From positions 12,091 to 76,090 of the forward strand of contig CAWDZR010000024.1 of assembly GCA_963806755.1 (NCBI GenBank): 64,000 nt of DNA. Reading direction: 5' to 3'. The notes under the pieces were generated by a model. The model was given only the letters and a program-made list of their open reading frames with translations, was not told the origin of the DNA and ran no database searches. Shown one piece after another: positions 47,176 through 56,844 of the stretch (the stretch's first letter is position 1; every line of letters starts with the position of its first letter). Made by a program: the position numbers and the translations under genes. Source of the DNA: an uncultured Gemmatimonadales bacterium. Its GTDB lineage: Bacteria > Gemmatimonadota > Gemmatimonadetes > Gemmatimonadales > JACORV01.

Positions 47176-50165
47176 ATGATCTTGAACGAGAACATCCAGG
47201 CGGAGTGGCGCGGGCCGCCTTGCTCCCGGACCACGGCGAACCCGGTCGACAACGTGGACTCGAGATGGGAGAGCGTGATCAGGCGGACGTCGAGCTGCGC
47301 GCCCACGCTCAGCAGGGTGCGGCGGGTAGCCGGGTCGTCAACGTTGACCGAGAGCCCCGTCCCGAACAGCGACAGGTCGGCCCATTGCAGGTAGAAGCTC
47401 GGGGTGCCGACGCGGCGGAACCGGAGCGGTGGCGTCACCCATTGCACCTGGGCCCTGCCGTAGTTGGCGCCGCCGACGCTGTCGATGTCGATGCCCGGGA
47501 AGCTCCCGATGTTCCCGAACTGCTGGATGTCGCGGTAGTCCACCCAGTTGTTGCCGAAACCGCCAAAGAAGAAGTTGGCGAACGGGTCGGTCCGGGCGCC
47601 CGCCAGTGCCGCTCCCGCGGCGGCGCGGAACCACAGCGACGAATGGTCGAGCGGCAGCAGGAACCCCCGGGACGCGTCCAGACTCACGCGGGGATACAGC
47701 CTCCCGTTCACCGCGTTGCCCTGAACGCCCGCGCCCCAGGTCGAGCCCAGCTCGTCGTCCACGGCTCCGAGGGAGCGACGGAGGGAGGTGTACGCGAGGT
47801 CGCCGGAGAACGAGAGGAGCGTGCGGAAGGGAGCCGCGATGCCCTGGTACTCCGGCAGGGTCGCCAGGCCGCCGTAGCCCGCCGCCGTGAGCGTGTACGT
47901 CAGCTTCCTCGGCTCGTCATAGAGGAGGTTGCCCTGGTACTGCAGCCCCAGGGAATACCCCTTGCGGCTCACCCTCGTGGGCCCGAAGAGGTCGTAGAAG
48001 TCGGCCGGGTTGAGCGCCGCCGACACCTGCCAGTTCCAGTAGTGGAAGTTCGCGCGCAGGTGGAGGCGCTCGGCGGACGCCAGGCGCCGGTCGGGAGAGT
48101 AGCTCCCGGTCAGGTCGAGGGCGGTGGTGCCGATCCGGTCGGACACGTTCACGCGCATGCCGACGGCCACGGCATCGGTGCCGGCCGCATCCTGGTAGCC
48201 CTCGAGGACCGGGTACGCACTGTCCAGCTTGAGGTTGCCCAGCGGCCGGTAGGGTCCCTGCGAGATCGTGACCGAGTCGAGGTCGACCCGCGACGCGGGC
48301 GGCACCGCCCACGACCGCACGTCGGGACGCTTGTCGGCGATCTCGCTCCCCAGGAAGCGAATCGCGCTCACGCTGTCCACGGCCCGGTTCGCGATCAGCG
48401 AGGGGACGAATCCCCAGCGCGTGTACGCGAAGACGAGGACGGAATCCCTGGAGACGGGCACCGGCCTGAAGAAGCCGGTCTCCGCGTTGCTCAGCGCGTC
48501 GATGTCCTTCGCGTCGAGGTCATAGCGGAAGATGTTCGAGACACCCGAGAGGTACGAGGAGCCGTACAGGTACCTGCCGTCCGGCGAGAACACGAAGTTC
48601 TGCGGCGCCGCGTCGCCGAAGTCGTACAGGGTCTGGGATGTCGTGTCCCCTTGCACCAGGGCCGGGATGTCCATCCTCACCAGCCGCTGGCTTCCGCTGA
48701 TCTCCGACATCGAGCCGACGAGGGTCGCGCCGTCCGGCGAGACGTCCAGGTCGAACAGGTCCCGCCCGTACGGCAGGGTGCGGACCTGATGCCACTCGTG
48801 ATACGGCGGCGGAATGCGGACCAGGGTCGAGAACCCGTTGTCGTGCCGGACGCCCCACAGCGAGCTGTCCGCGGGGTCGAAGGCGAGATCCCCGACCCGC
48901 GCGTCCCTCATCAGGGTCTCGTACCGGCCGGACGCCAGATTCAACGACACGAGGTTCCGCCAGTTGGCGTTGTTGGTCGTGTAGAAGAGCGTGCGGGACG
49001 CCGGATCGTACGCCAGCGAGGTGACGTAGAGCCCCGCGGCCCCCAGCACCTCCCTGATGTTCGTGAGCTTGCCGGTCGCGACGTTGATGGCGGCGATGTG
49101 GCCGACCTGGCCCGGATAGCGGAGGGCCAGGTAGAGGTTCCCGCTCGCCGAGTCGTAGTACGCCCGGGAGACGGCGCCCAGCGCCCGGTTCGAGACCGGG
49201 CGGGCCGTGGTAACCGGGTGCCGCCGGATGGCCGCGAGGTTGGAATCCTGCCAGTCGCGCTCCCACGCGATCCAGCGCGACCACTCGTCCTCGAGCGACC
49301 GGCCGTACACGTGCTGGAACTGCGCCGAGAAGTAACGCCGGCTGCCCGCGGTCCGGTTGAACCACGAGAGCAGACTGTCGTCGCCGTAGCGCAGCGCCAG
49401 GTAGCTGACGAACCGGGTGCCGTAGAGATAGGAGTTGGCCCCGACCAGGTAGTCGACCGTCGTCCCTTCCGCCTCCAGCCCGACGACGTCGTAGATCCGG
49501 GCGCTGTCGCGGACGAGGGTGCGGAACACCATCTCGTCGTAGGGGCCGATCACTCGCCCCACGCCCCCGTTCATCCACGTCTCGAGATAGACGGCGATCC
49601 CCTCCAGATACCATCGCGGCGAGTACCACCGCGGCACGGTGAGGTAGCCGTACAGCATGGACGGCGGGGCGGCCGGGTTGGGCGTGACCTTGCCGAAGAA
49701 GACGGATCGGAAGAACCGGTCCGACGCGGTGGCCTTGTCGGTCGTCACGAGGTGGACCATCTCGTGGTTGAACGAGGAGATGATCCGCTCCTGCGCGGGC
49801 GCCGACTCGTACTCCACTTCGTACGGCGCGATCCCCACGGTGATGTGGTTCTCCGGCAGCGGGCTCGCTCCCGCGTTGCCGTAGTGCCACAGGTCGTGGA
49901 TCAGCACGTCGATCTTGCCCCCGGGCGACCAGTCCCAGAGGCGCTCGTGGAACTGCAGCGAGTTTTCGAAGGCGCCGACCACCAGAGGCACCAGGTAGGA
50001 CTGGAGCGGCGACGTGTACACGAGCCGCATGTCCCGGGTGTCGACCATCTGGAACTGCGCCAGGAGATCGGAGGGCGCCGCCGCCCCCGCGAAGGCGAGG
50101 AAGGCCAGGACCTCCCAGAGGCGCGCCGTGCGGCGGGGGGTCGTCGCGAATCGGTGCGGATGCAT
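47172..50165 (-). CDS. Outer-membrane protein: gluzincin domain + beta-propeller + beta-barrel
   Basis: Signal peptide; HEMVH and WYLEGIA; SPDG repeats; amphipathic C-terminal strands ending WMFSFKIM. Confidence 0.72.
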   Translation of the reverse strand: MHPHRFATTPRRTARLWEVLAFLAFAGAAAPSDLLAQFQMVDTRDMRLVYTSPLQSYLVPLVVGAFENSLQFHERLWDWSPGGKIDVLIHDLWHYGNAGASPLPENHITVGIAPYEVEYESAPAQERIISSFNHEMVHLVTTDKATASDRFFRSVFFGKVTPNPAAPPSMLYGYLTVPRWYSPRWYLEGIAVYLETWMNGGVGRVIGPYDEMVFRTLVRDSARIYDVVGLEAEGTTVDYLVGANSYLYGTRFVSYLALRYGDDSLLSWFNRTAGSRRYFSAQFQHVYGRSLEDEWSRWIAWERDWQDSNLAAIRRHPVTTARPVSNRALGAVSRAYYDSASGNLYLALRYPGQVGHIAAINVATGKLTNIREVLGAAGLYVTSLAYDPASRTLFYTTNNANWRNLVSLNLASGRYETLMRDARVGDLAFDPADSSLWGVRHDNGFSTLVRIPPPYHEWHQVRTLPYGRDLFDLDVSPDGATLVGSMSEISGSQRLVRMDIPALVQGDTTSQTLYDFGDAAPQNFVFSPDGRYLYGSSYLSGVSNIFRYDLDAKDIDALSNAETGFFRPVPVSRDSVLVFAYTRWGFVPSLIANRAVDSVSAIRFLGSEIADKRPDVRSWAVPPASRVDLDSVTISQGPYRPLGNLKLDSAYPVLEGYQDAAGTDAVAVGMRVNVSDRIGTTALDLTGSYSPDRRLASAERLHLRANFHYWNWQVSAALNPADFYDLFGPTRVSRKGYSLGLQYQGNLLYDEPRKLTYTLTAAGYGGLATLPEYQGIAAPFRTLLSFSGDLAYTSLRRSLGAVDDELGSTWGAGVQGNAVNGRLYPRVSLDASRGFLLPLDHSSLWFRAAAGAALAGARTDPFANFFFGGFGNNWVDYRDIQQFGNIGSFPGIDIDSVGGANYGRAQVQWVTPPLRFRRVGTPSFYLQWADLSLFGTGLSVNVDDPATRRTLLSVGAQLDVRLITLSHLESTLSTGFAVVREQGGPRHSAWMFSFKIM

Positions 50166-50276
50166 GGTCAAGGGGACAAAAGGTAGGCGGTGATCCGGGT
50201 TCGCGTTAGGGCGAGCCTGGACCACCGCCTGGGAACCGCCCCGGGCTGAAGGGGCGCTGCGGAAAACTGCCTCAGG

Positions 50277-51398
50277 TCAGTTCTGCGTGCGCATCGCCGC
50301 CTGCATGAACGCCTCAGCCAGCGCCTGACTCTGCGCCAGGGAGCGGAACGCTTCGTTCTGCTGCAGCGTCCGGAACGCCTGGTTGGCCACGATGTCGCGG
50401 AAGGACTGGTTGGCCATCATCTGCGCGTACGCCGAGTTGGCCTGCAGATTCCGGAACGCCTGGTTGGCCATCAGCGACTGGTAGGCCGTGTTGGCCATCA
50501 GCGACTGGTAGGCCGTGTTGGCAATCAGCTGCTGGTAGACCTGGCTGGCCATCACCTGCTGGTAGGCCGAGTTGGCCTGCAGATTCCGGAATGCCTGGTT
50601 GGCCACCAGCTGCTGGTAGGCCTGGTTGGCCGCCGCTTTCTGATAGGACTGGCTCGCCATCAGCTGCTGATAGGCCGAGTTGGCCTGCATGTCCCGGAAC
50701 GCCTGGTTGGCGATCAGCTGCTGGTAGACCGCGCTGGCCATCAGTTGCTGGTAGGACTGGCTCGCGATCAGCTGCTGGTAGGCCTGGTTGGCAACGATCG
50801 TCCGGTAGGCGTCGCTGGCCGCGAGTGTGCGGAACGACTGGTTGTTCATGGCCTGCCGGAACGCGTCGCTCCGGACCAGCTGCAGGACCTGGTCGTTCTG
50901 GAACAGGGCCTGGATCTCGGGGTTCTTGAGCGTCACGTCGGCCTGGGTCATGGCCCGGCCATGATACCGCGCCGCCGCCTCCACCCCGCCGATCGTGCCG
51001 GATCCGCCGCTCAGGGGCGGCCAGCCGGTGACGATCCCGGCGACGACAAGCACGACCGCCACCGCCGCGGTTCCGATGAGCACAGCCTTCCTGTTCATGA
51101 TCGTCTCCCCCATGTGTTCGGCAACCTGTCTCAGTGCCCCGACGGCCCATCGTCCGATGGACGGCGGTGACGCGCCCACCGGCTGCGGCAGCGCGTCGAG
51201 GATCGTCCGCTTCAGGTGGGGCGGCGGCTGGCGCTCCCCCACCTGCCCGAAGAGCACGGCGACGCGGCGCAACTCGGCCGCGAGCGCCCTGGCCTCCGGA
51301 TCCGTCTCCACCAGCGACCGGAACGCGGCACTCCCCTCCGGAGTGTTCGCGCCATCGATCTCCTGGTGGATCAGCTCGACCTGGTTCTGGCTCAGCAT
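50277..51398 (-). CDS. Anti-sigma factor with TM helix and about 22 nine-residue repeats
   Basis: Directly after the ECF gene; ZAS-like N-domain without Zn ligands (IDG...PPPHLK); ANQAYQQLM-type repeats. Confidence 0.72.
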   Translation of the reverse strand: MLSQNQVELIHQEIDGANTPEGSAAFRSLVETDPEARALAAELRRVAVLFGQVGERQPPPHLKRTILDALPQPVGASPPSIGRWAVGALRQVAEHMGETIMNRKAVLIGTAAVAVVLVVAGIVTGWPPLSGGSGTIGGVEAAARYHGRAMTQADVTLKNPEIQALFQNDQVLQLVRSDAFRQAMNNQSFRTLAASDAYRTIVANQAYQQLIASQSYQQLMASAVYQQLIANQAFRDMQANSAYQQLMASQSYQKAAANQAYQQLVANQAFRNLQANSAYQQVMASQVYQQLIANTAYQSLMANTAYQSLMANQAFRNLQANSAYAQMMANQSFRDIVANQAFRTLQQNEAFRSLAQSQALAEAFMQAAMRTQN

Positions 51399-51400
51399 CG

Positions 51401-51952
51401 CTACCGGACTCCTTCACCGAGCGCCAGCCGCAACCGCTCCCGCGCCGTGAACAGCCGTGACTTGACGGTGCGGACGGGAATCTCCAGCACGTCGGCGATC
51501 TCCTGGTACGAGAAGGACACGAAATGCTTCAGCACCACCACGGCCCGATCGTCGGGCTTCAAGCTCATCAACGCCCTCCCGACCAGGTCCTCCGCCTCCG
51601 CCGCCCCATCGGGTGCGGCGCCCGGCGCCGGGATGTCGAGGTCGTCCTCCAGCGTCACCGTCGGTTTCCGGCGCTTCAGCACGTTCAACGACTCGTTCAC
51701 CGCCATGCGATAGATCCAGCTGAAGAACCGGTACCGCGGGTCGTAGGTCCGGAGCTGGCGAAACACGTTCAGAAACACCGTCTGCGTGACGTCCTCCGCG
51801 TCCTGCACGTCGTGGAGCATCCGGAGCGCGACGTTGAACAGCCGTTGCTGGTAGCGATCGACGAGCTCGCCGGCCGCGTTCCGGTCATTCTCGAGGCACC
51901 GCCTGACGAGAGCGCGGTCCTGTTCGTCAGCCGCCACAGGTGTCTCTATCAA
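51401..51952 (-). CDS. ECF RNA polymerase sigma factor
   Basis: DAEDVTQTVF, FFSWIYRMAVN and SYQEIADVLEIPVRTVKSRL motifs. Confidence 0.93.
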   Translation of the reverse strand: MIETPVAADEQDRALVRRCLENDRNAAGELVDRYQQRLFNVALRMLHDVQDAEDVTQTVFLNVFRQLRTYDPRYRFFSWIYRMAVNESLNVLKRRKPTVTLEDDLDIPAPGAAPDGAAEAEDLVGRALMSLKPDDRAVVVLKHFVSFSYQEIADVLEIPVRTVKSRLFTARERLRLALGEGVR

Positions 51953-52153
51953 TTACAACCCAGCCCGCCAAAGGTTGGAGGAGCCCGTCCGGCGGGCCCC
52001 CGGGGGGAAGAACGTGCATCGTGGGGCGCCCCGCTGCAATGCCGGGCCCGGGGCTCTCCGGCACCGGGTGGCGGCTCCCCGCGCCGTGGCGCGGCGGGCT
52101 GGCGGTTTTTGACCTGTTGAGGTCTCATTCAGCGGCCCGCCCCGGAGGGCGAC

Positions 52154-52960
52154 ATGGGGCCCAGCTTCCGGATGACGATCGGCACCGAACCCGGCCAGGT
52201 CGCCGAGGTGGGCGCGGCGTTCGCCGAGTTCGCGGATGCGCACGCCGTCCCGGCCGCGATCCGGCGCAGCCTGAGCGTCGCCCTCGACGACCTCCTGAAC
52301 AACACCATCGCGTACGGATTCGCGGGGCGGGAGGGCGGCGAGGTGCGCATCGAGGTGGAGGTGCGCGCCGATCGGGTGTGCGCCACGCTCACCGACGACG
52401 GCAGGCCCTTCAACCCGTTGGACGCGGCCGCCCCCGACACCGCACTCTCGGTGGAGGAGCGGCAGGTCGGCGGGCTCGGCATTCACCTCGTCCGGCGGAT
52501 GATGGACGAGGTCGGCTATCAACGCCGGGGCGATCACAACGTCGTCACCCTGGCCAAGCTCCTGACGGGCAGGAGCGCGGCGGGTCGTCGCGGAGGACGG
52601 TCCATGGACATCACCACACGCACGCAGAACGGTGTCACCCTGGTCGCCTTCGCGGGCAAGCTCGACAGCAACACGTCGCCGCAGGCCCAGCAGGCCCTCG
52701 ACGCGATGCTCGCGGGCGGCGCGCGGAAGATGGTCGTGGACTTCACGGCGCTCGACTACATCAGCAGCGCCGGGCTCCGGGTCCTGCTCGGCACGGCCAA
52801 GCGGCTGAGCGCGGCGGGAGCAGGAAGCGCGGCAGGCGGGGGGGGCGGGCTGCGCCTGTTCGGCCTGAACGACACGATCCGGGAGGTGTTCGACATCTCC
52901 GGGTTCTCCACGATTCTCGCCGTGTTCGCCACGGAAGCGGACGCGCTTAAGGGGTTCTAG
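52154..52960 (+). CDS. RsbW-like kinase fused to STAS anti-anti-sigma domain
   Basis: DDLLNNTIAY, DDGRPFNP and GGLGIHLV, then GKLDSNT and LDYISSAGLRVL in one frame. Confidence 0.85.
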   Translation: MGPSFRMTIGTEPGQVAEVGAAFAEFADAHAVPAAIRRSLSVALDDLLNNTIAYGFAGREGGEVRIEVEVRADRVCATLTDDGRPFNPLDAAAPDTALSVEERQVGGLGIHLVRRMMDEVGYQRRGDHNVVTLAKLLTGRSAAGRRGGRSMDITTRTQNGVTLVAFAGKLDSNTSPQAQQALDAMLAGGARKMVVDFTALDYISSAGLRVLLGTAKRLSAAGAGSAAGGGGGLRLFGLNDTIREVFDISGFSTILAVFATEADALKGF

Positions 52961-52983
52961 CGAGTCGATCCGCGGCCGGCGCG

Positions 52984-53412
52984 TCAGCTGCCCGCCGCGG
53001 GCTCGAACATGCCGAAGACGACCGTAGTGAACCCCAGCGCCAACGCGGCGATCCAGCTCTGGTACCAGGCGAACCCCTTGAACGGGCCGCCGATCGCGAA
53101 CACCCAGACCGGGAAGGCGATCGTCGCCAGGATGACCTGCGGCCAGAGCGCCTTGCCGCCTTCCCTCCGCGTCGCATGCCACATGTACACGAAGGTGAGG
53201 ACGCAGCACACCGCGAACACCACCCACTGCGCGGTGGTATTCGACGGGCCGGGCGTCTCCGGGATCACCCCGGTCACAAAGAGGAAGAGGCCGACGATCT
53301 CGGCCGGGATGTATTTCGCCAGACGGCTGAGATAGTCGTCCGTGGTCGGGGCCGGGGCGCCCCCGCTCGGTCCGGCAGGGGGCGTGGCCCCCGTCACGAT
53401 GCGCCTGCCCAT
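52984..53412 (-). CDS. Small multi-TM hypothetical protein
   Basis: DDYLSRLAKYIPAEIV plus about 4 TM helices; GAGGGAG RBS. Confidence 0.75.
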   Translation of the reverse strand: MGRRIVTGATPPAGPSGGAPAPTTDDYLSRLAKYIPAEIVGLFLFVTGVIPETPGPSNTTAQWVVFAVCCVLTFVYMWHATRREGGKALWPQVILATIAFPVWVFAIGGPFKGFAWYQSWIAALALGFTTVVFGMFEPAAGS

Positions 53413-53459
53413 GGATAGCTCCCTCGGCGAGGGGACTACCGACTCCGCGCCTTCGCAAA

Positions 53460-53571
53460 TCGAAGACCTGTGTCACCAACGCGGCCCGCTGGTCCTGGCG
53501 CGGCGCCAGGAGCAGGCGTGCCAACAGGAGCTGCTCCTCGGCCGCCGGCGGGACGTGCGGACGTCGGTCAC
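53460..53571 (-). pseudogene. Internally deleted remnant of a kinase-TPR paralog
   Basis: VTDVRTS start identical to the kinase at 59682, joined out of frame to AEEQLLLARLLLAPRQD..V..VFD, matching the kinase C-terminal AEERLLLARLLLGRGRD..V..VLD. Confidence 0.75.
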
Positions 53572-53681
53572 GCCGCGCCTCGCCTTCCGAGCAGACGCCT
53601 CCTGCTCTCAGGACTGACGCCGAACGTTAGGAGGTGACCGTCAGCCGACCGTTAGGGCGACGCCCAACCATGCCCCCAAAG
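53551..53681. repeat. 131-bp direct repeat, copy 1
   Basis: Matches 59662-59792 with about 4 mismatches. Confidence 0.92.
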
Positions 53682-53804
53682 ACGCGCGTTACGCGAGCCG
53701 GATTGACCATGAGATATCCGAGCCGTTTCGACCGGATTACGCACGCGACGCGCCTAACGCCCGCCGAGCGATATCTGCATTGTAGCGCGAAACAGGAGGC
53801 GATC

Positions 53805-55082
53805 ATGAGCCATCGTATCGGCGCTGCTCTGTCAATCGCGTTACCGGCATTGACGCTCCTGGCGTGTCATTGCGGACGCAACCGCGCTCCCAAGCCTGGC
53901 GAGCCTGCTGCGCCGACCCGAGAGGGCGTTCTCGCGACGCCTCTGGCAGATACCCTGCCCGTGATTCCCGTCAAGCAACAGGGGCGCTGGTGGTGCTGGG
54001 CAGCCAGCGGGCAGATGGTGATGACGTACTTTCAACATCCCGTGCTGCAGTGCGTGGAGGCCGACACGGCGTGGAACAGACTCAATTGCTGCCCCGCCCC
54101 CGGCGCATCGGGATGCGATCAGGGTGGCTGGCCTCCGTTCCAGCAGCTCGGATTCTCGTCCACGCAGACGTTGGACCAGCCTGTTTCCTGGGAGGGCCTC
54201 AAGGCCGAGATTCGGGCGCGACGACCCGTGGCCTTCAGCTGGCACTGGCTCGGAGATGGCGGGCACATGATGGTGCTGACCGGATACCAGGACGATCCGG
54301 AAGGGACACTCGTCAAGGTCGCCGACCCCGACGTGCCCAAGCCGTCGACGTCGTGGATGACGTACATGGAATACGTCGCCGACTCCTTCCACGAGGGCGA
54401 GTATCCCCGGCACACCCACTGGAACGACTACTACGCGATCGCGTACACGGGCGCGCCGGCGCCTTCGGCGCAGGGCGGCGTGGGCCCCGGGGCCAGGCCC
54501 GTCGGTTCGGAGATGCCGCCGCAGCAACCCTCGTACGGGACGCCCGGAGCCGCGGCGCAAGCTGCCCTGAGACTGTTGCGCCGGTCACCGGCGGTGGCCC
54601 AGTCACTGGTTCACAGCCAGTCGCTCGTCGGGCTTACGACGGGCGCCGGGCTCGACGACTACATGGTGCGCTTGGATTCCCTGCGCGCCTACACGACAGC
54701 GAAGGACCCGCTAAGCCTGCTCGTGAAACTGGGTCGGGTCGTCTTTCCACTGCAGGGTGCCGGCGCGGTCTATACGTCCATCGCGGTCCGGCGCTCGGCG
54801 ACGGGGTGGCAGCTGGCGTCCTTTGGAGAATACGATCTGACGCGGATCCCCGGGTCGAGCTTGAGCCATCTGGCCGCCGCCGGGCAGGCGATTGTCGTCG
54901 AGATCCCGGGGCTGCACGGCATCAGCTTCCTGGGAGCGCTGGGCCCCCCCCTGGCGCTGGTGGCGCTCACGAGCGACGTGGACCTGCGTCTCGTCGCTGG
55001 CCAAACGGTGACCGACGTCCCGGCGCTGTTCCTGGTCCTCGCCGCCGCCGCGAGGAGCGACACCACGCCGGCACCGCACTAG
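53805..55082 (+). CDS. Exported papain-like (C39/C70-like) cysteine peptidase with unknown C-terminal domain
   Basis: Q...WCWAAS, GHMMVLTGY and VADP catalytic pattern; lipoprotein-like leader; AGGAGG RBS. Confidence 0.78.
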   Translation: MSHRIGAALSIALPALTLLACHCGRNRAPKPGEPAAPTREGVLATPLADTLPVIPVKQQGRWWCWAASGQMVMTYFQHPVLQCVEADTAWNRLNCCPAPGASGCDQGGWPPFQQLGFSSTQTLDQPVSWEGLKAEIRARRPVAFSWHWLGDGGHMMVLTGYQDDPEGTLVKVADPDVPKPSTSWMTYMEYVADSFHEGEYPRHTHWNDYYAIAYTGAPAPSAQGGVGPGARPVGSEMPPQQPSYGTPGAAAQAALRLLRRSPAVAQSLVHSQSLVGLTTGAGLDDYMVRLDSLRAYTTAKDPLSLLVKLGRVVFPLQGAGAVYTSIAVRRSATGWQLASFGEYDLTRIPGSSLSHLAAAGQAIVVEIPGLHGISFLGALGPPLALVALTSDVDLRLVAGQTVTDVPALFLVLAAAARSDTTPAPH

Positions 55083-55155
55083 ACGCGCAACCGCGCGCCA
55101 CCGTACCGGCTCTTCCGGCTGCCGCGCGTCCGCGGCAGCCGGAACGGCCGACCGG

Positions 55156-56373
55156 CTAAGGAATCTGGACGGCGAACGTCACGCCAAGGCCCGGCCGGAA
55201 TCCATACTGCACGATGTCGCTCACGCTCTTCACGCTCGCCGGGAGGGCGCTGCCGACCGCCCCCTGCGAGAGGCCCACTGGCACGCGCGAGAGCGCCAGG
55301 CCGACGCCGACGCTGAGGTGGTCTCCCGCCAGGGACGCGCCACCGCGGAACGTCACACCGGCGAAAATGTCCGATACCGTCTTCTCGGCCGACGCGACTC
55401 CCAGCGTCGCCCACAACCAGCGGATGTCGCCCAGCCGGGCGAGCGCAAAGACGGCCGCGTGGGCGCCGACGCTGTGATCCGGCGTCTGCGTCACCACGCC
55501 ACCCTGCAGGCCTATCGTGCTCTTGTCCTGCGTGCCGACGCTGAGCAGGAACCCCGGCTCCACCAGGAAGGTCCGCTCGTCCCGTGGGTCCACGATGACC
55601 GTGAGGATGCTGTCTCCCACGGGCCGCAGCGGCTTGCCGGCGCTGTCGGTCAGGGTGCGGGCGATTTGGAGCGTCACGCGCAGGCGACTCGTCCCGACCG
55701 GCGTGCACATCGGATCGCCCGCGATCTCGAGCGCGTGGCGGAATCGAGCGTTGATGACGCCGATGCGGCCCCAGGTCTCCGCACGCACGGCGCGCAGCAG
55801 CTCCTGCACTCCGGGGCCCAACGTAGTGTCGCGCTGCTGCAGGAGCGACTCCGCCAGGCGGTTGATGCCCGTCGCCTCGAGGTAGAGGCTACCCATTCTC
55901 GCCGCCGCCTGAGCGAAGTCCGCGATGGAATCGGAGGCGAACTGGTAGACCTGCATCTCCAGCAGCTTGGCATACAGGCTGGCGACCTGGACGATCACCG
56001 GACTCGCCCCGGAGCCGCCGCCGGGGCCGGGCTTCGTGATGGCGCCGCTGAGCTGAGTGATCAGCGCACTCAGCCCGGCGATCGTGTCCGGCGGCAGTGT
56101 CTTCGCGAGGAGCGAATAGGCGTAGAGCGCCGGATTGCCGTGCACGACCTCGATGCACAGTCGAGACCCGGACGGGATGACCAAGGTCGGCGGCCGGCCC
56201 AGGAGGTGCGCCCCGGAGTCGTGGCCGGAGGGCACGTAGCTCACACGGCCGTCGAGCCCTGCAGCGCCCGGGTGGTGGTCGTAGTAGACGAAGGCGTCCT
56301 GGGCGCGTAACCCCTTCGCCGCGAGCGAGCCGACAAGGACCAGCATGCCGGCGCAACACGGGAGTGATCGCAT
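55156..56373 (-). CDS. Hypothetical secreted protein, possible C-terminal beta-barrel
   Basis: Signal peptide LRA-Q; helical middle; amphipathic strands at the C-terminus. Confidence 0.65.
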   Translation of the reverse strand: MRSLPCCAGMLVLVGSLAAKGLRAQDAFVYYDHHPGAAGLDGRVSYVPSGHDSGAHLLGRPPTLVIPSGSRLCIEVVHGNPALYAYSLLAKTLPPDTIAGLSALITQLSGAITKPGPGGGSGASPVIVQVASLYAKLLEMQVYQFASDSIADFAQAAARMGSLYLEATGINRLAESLLQQRDTTLGPGVQELLRAVRAETWGRIGVINARFRHALEIAGDPMCTPVGTSRLRVTLQIARTLTDSAGKPLRPVGDSILTVIVDPRDERTFLVEPGFLLSVGTQDKSTIGLQGGVVTQTPDHSVGAHAAVFALARLGDIRWLWATLGVASAEKTVSDIFAGVTFRGGASLAGDHLSVGVGLALSRVPVGLSQGAVGSALPASVKSVSDIVQYGFRPGLGVTFAVQIP

Positions 56374-56493
56374 GGCTGCCTCGCAGAGATCAGAGTGTTC
56401 GGGTGGCTGTGAAGGGCGCCTCGGACAAGAGGGCGGCGCCGAGCGGTCGGGTGGGGCGCAGGTGCCCGCGCCCCGCCCGTGCCGCCCCCGCGC

Positions 56494-56805
56494 TCACGGC
56501 CACTTCGGCCCGTTCGTCGGCGGATCGGTCGTTTGCCCTGGTCTCGCCGGAATCACTGGACACTTCATCTCCGCCGGCGCACTCTTGGCCGCCCAACCGC
56601 ACAGGGCCGTCAGCTTGAGCCCCTGGTCATCGAGCCTGTTGCGGGTCGCTGCCGGCTGTGAATCCATCCAGGCCGCGAGTCCGTCGGGCTTGGTGATGTA
56701 GTTCTCGATCCGAGCCGTGGACTTGTGGTCGTTCCACAGCAGGACTGCGAGCACCACGACAGCCACCAGCAGGACGAACACCAGCGCATCAATCACCTTT
56801 CTCAT
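56494..56805 (-). CDS. Small membrane-anchored hypothetical protein
   Basis: N-terminal TM helix; AAGGAGGAGG RBS. Confidence 0.7.
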   Translation of the reverse strand: MRKVIDALVFVLLVAVVVLAVLLWNDHKSTARIENYITKPDGLAAWMDSQPAATRNRLDDQGLKLTALCGWAAKSAPAEMKCPVIPARPGQTTDPPTNGPKWP

Positions 56806-56844
56806 GGTCCCTCCTCCTTGGTAGGCGTGTTCCCCACCCGTTGG

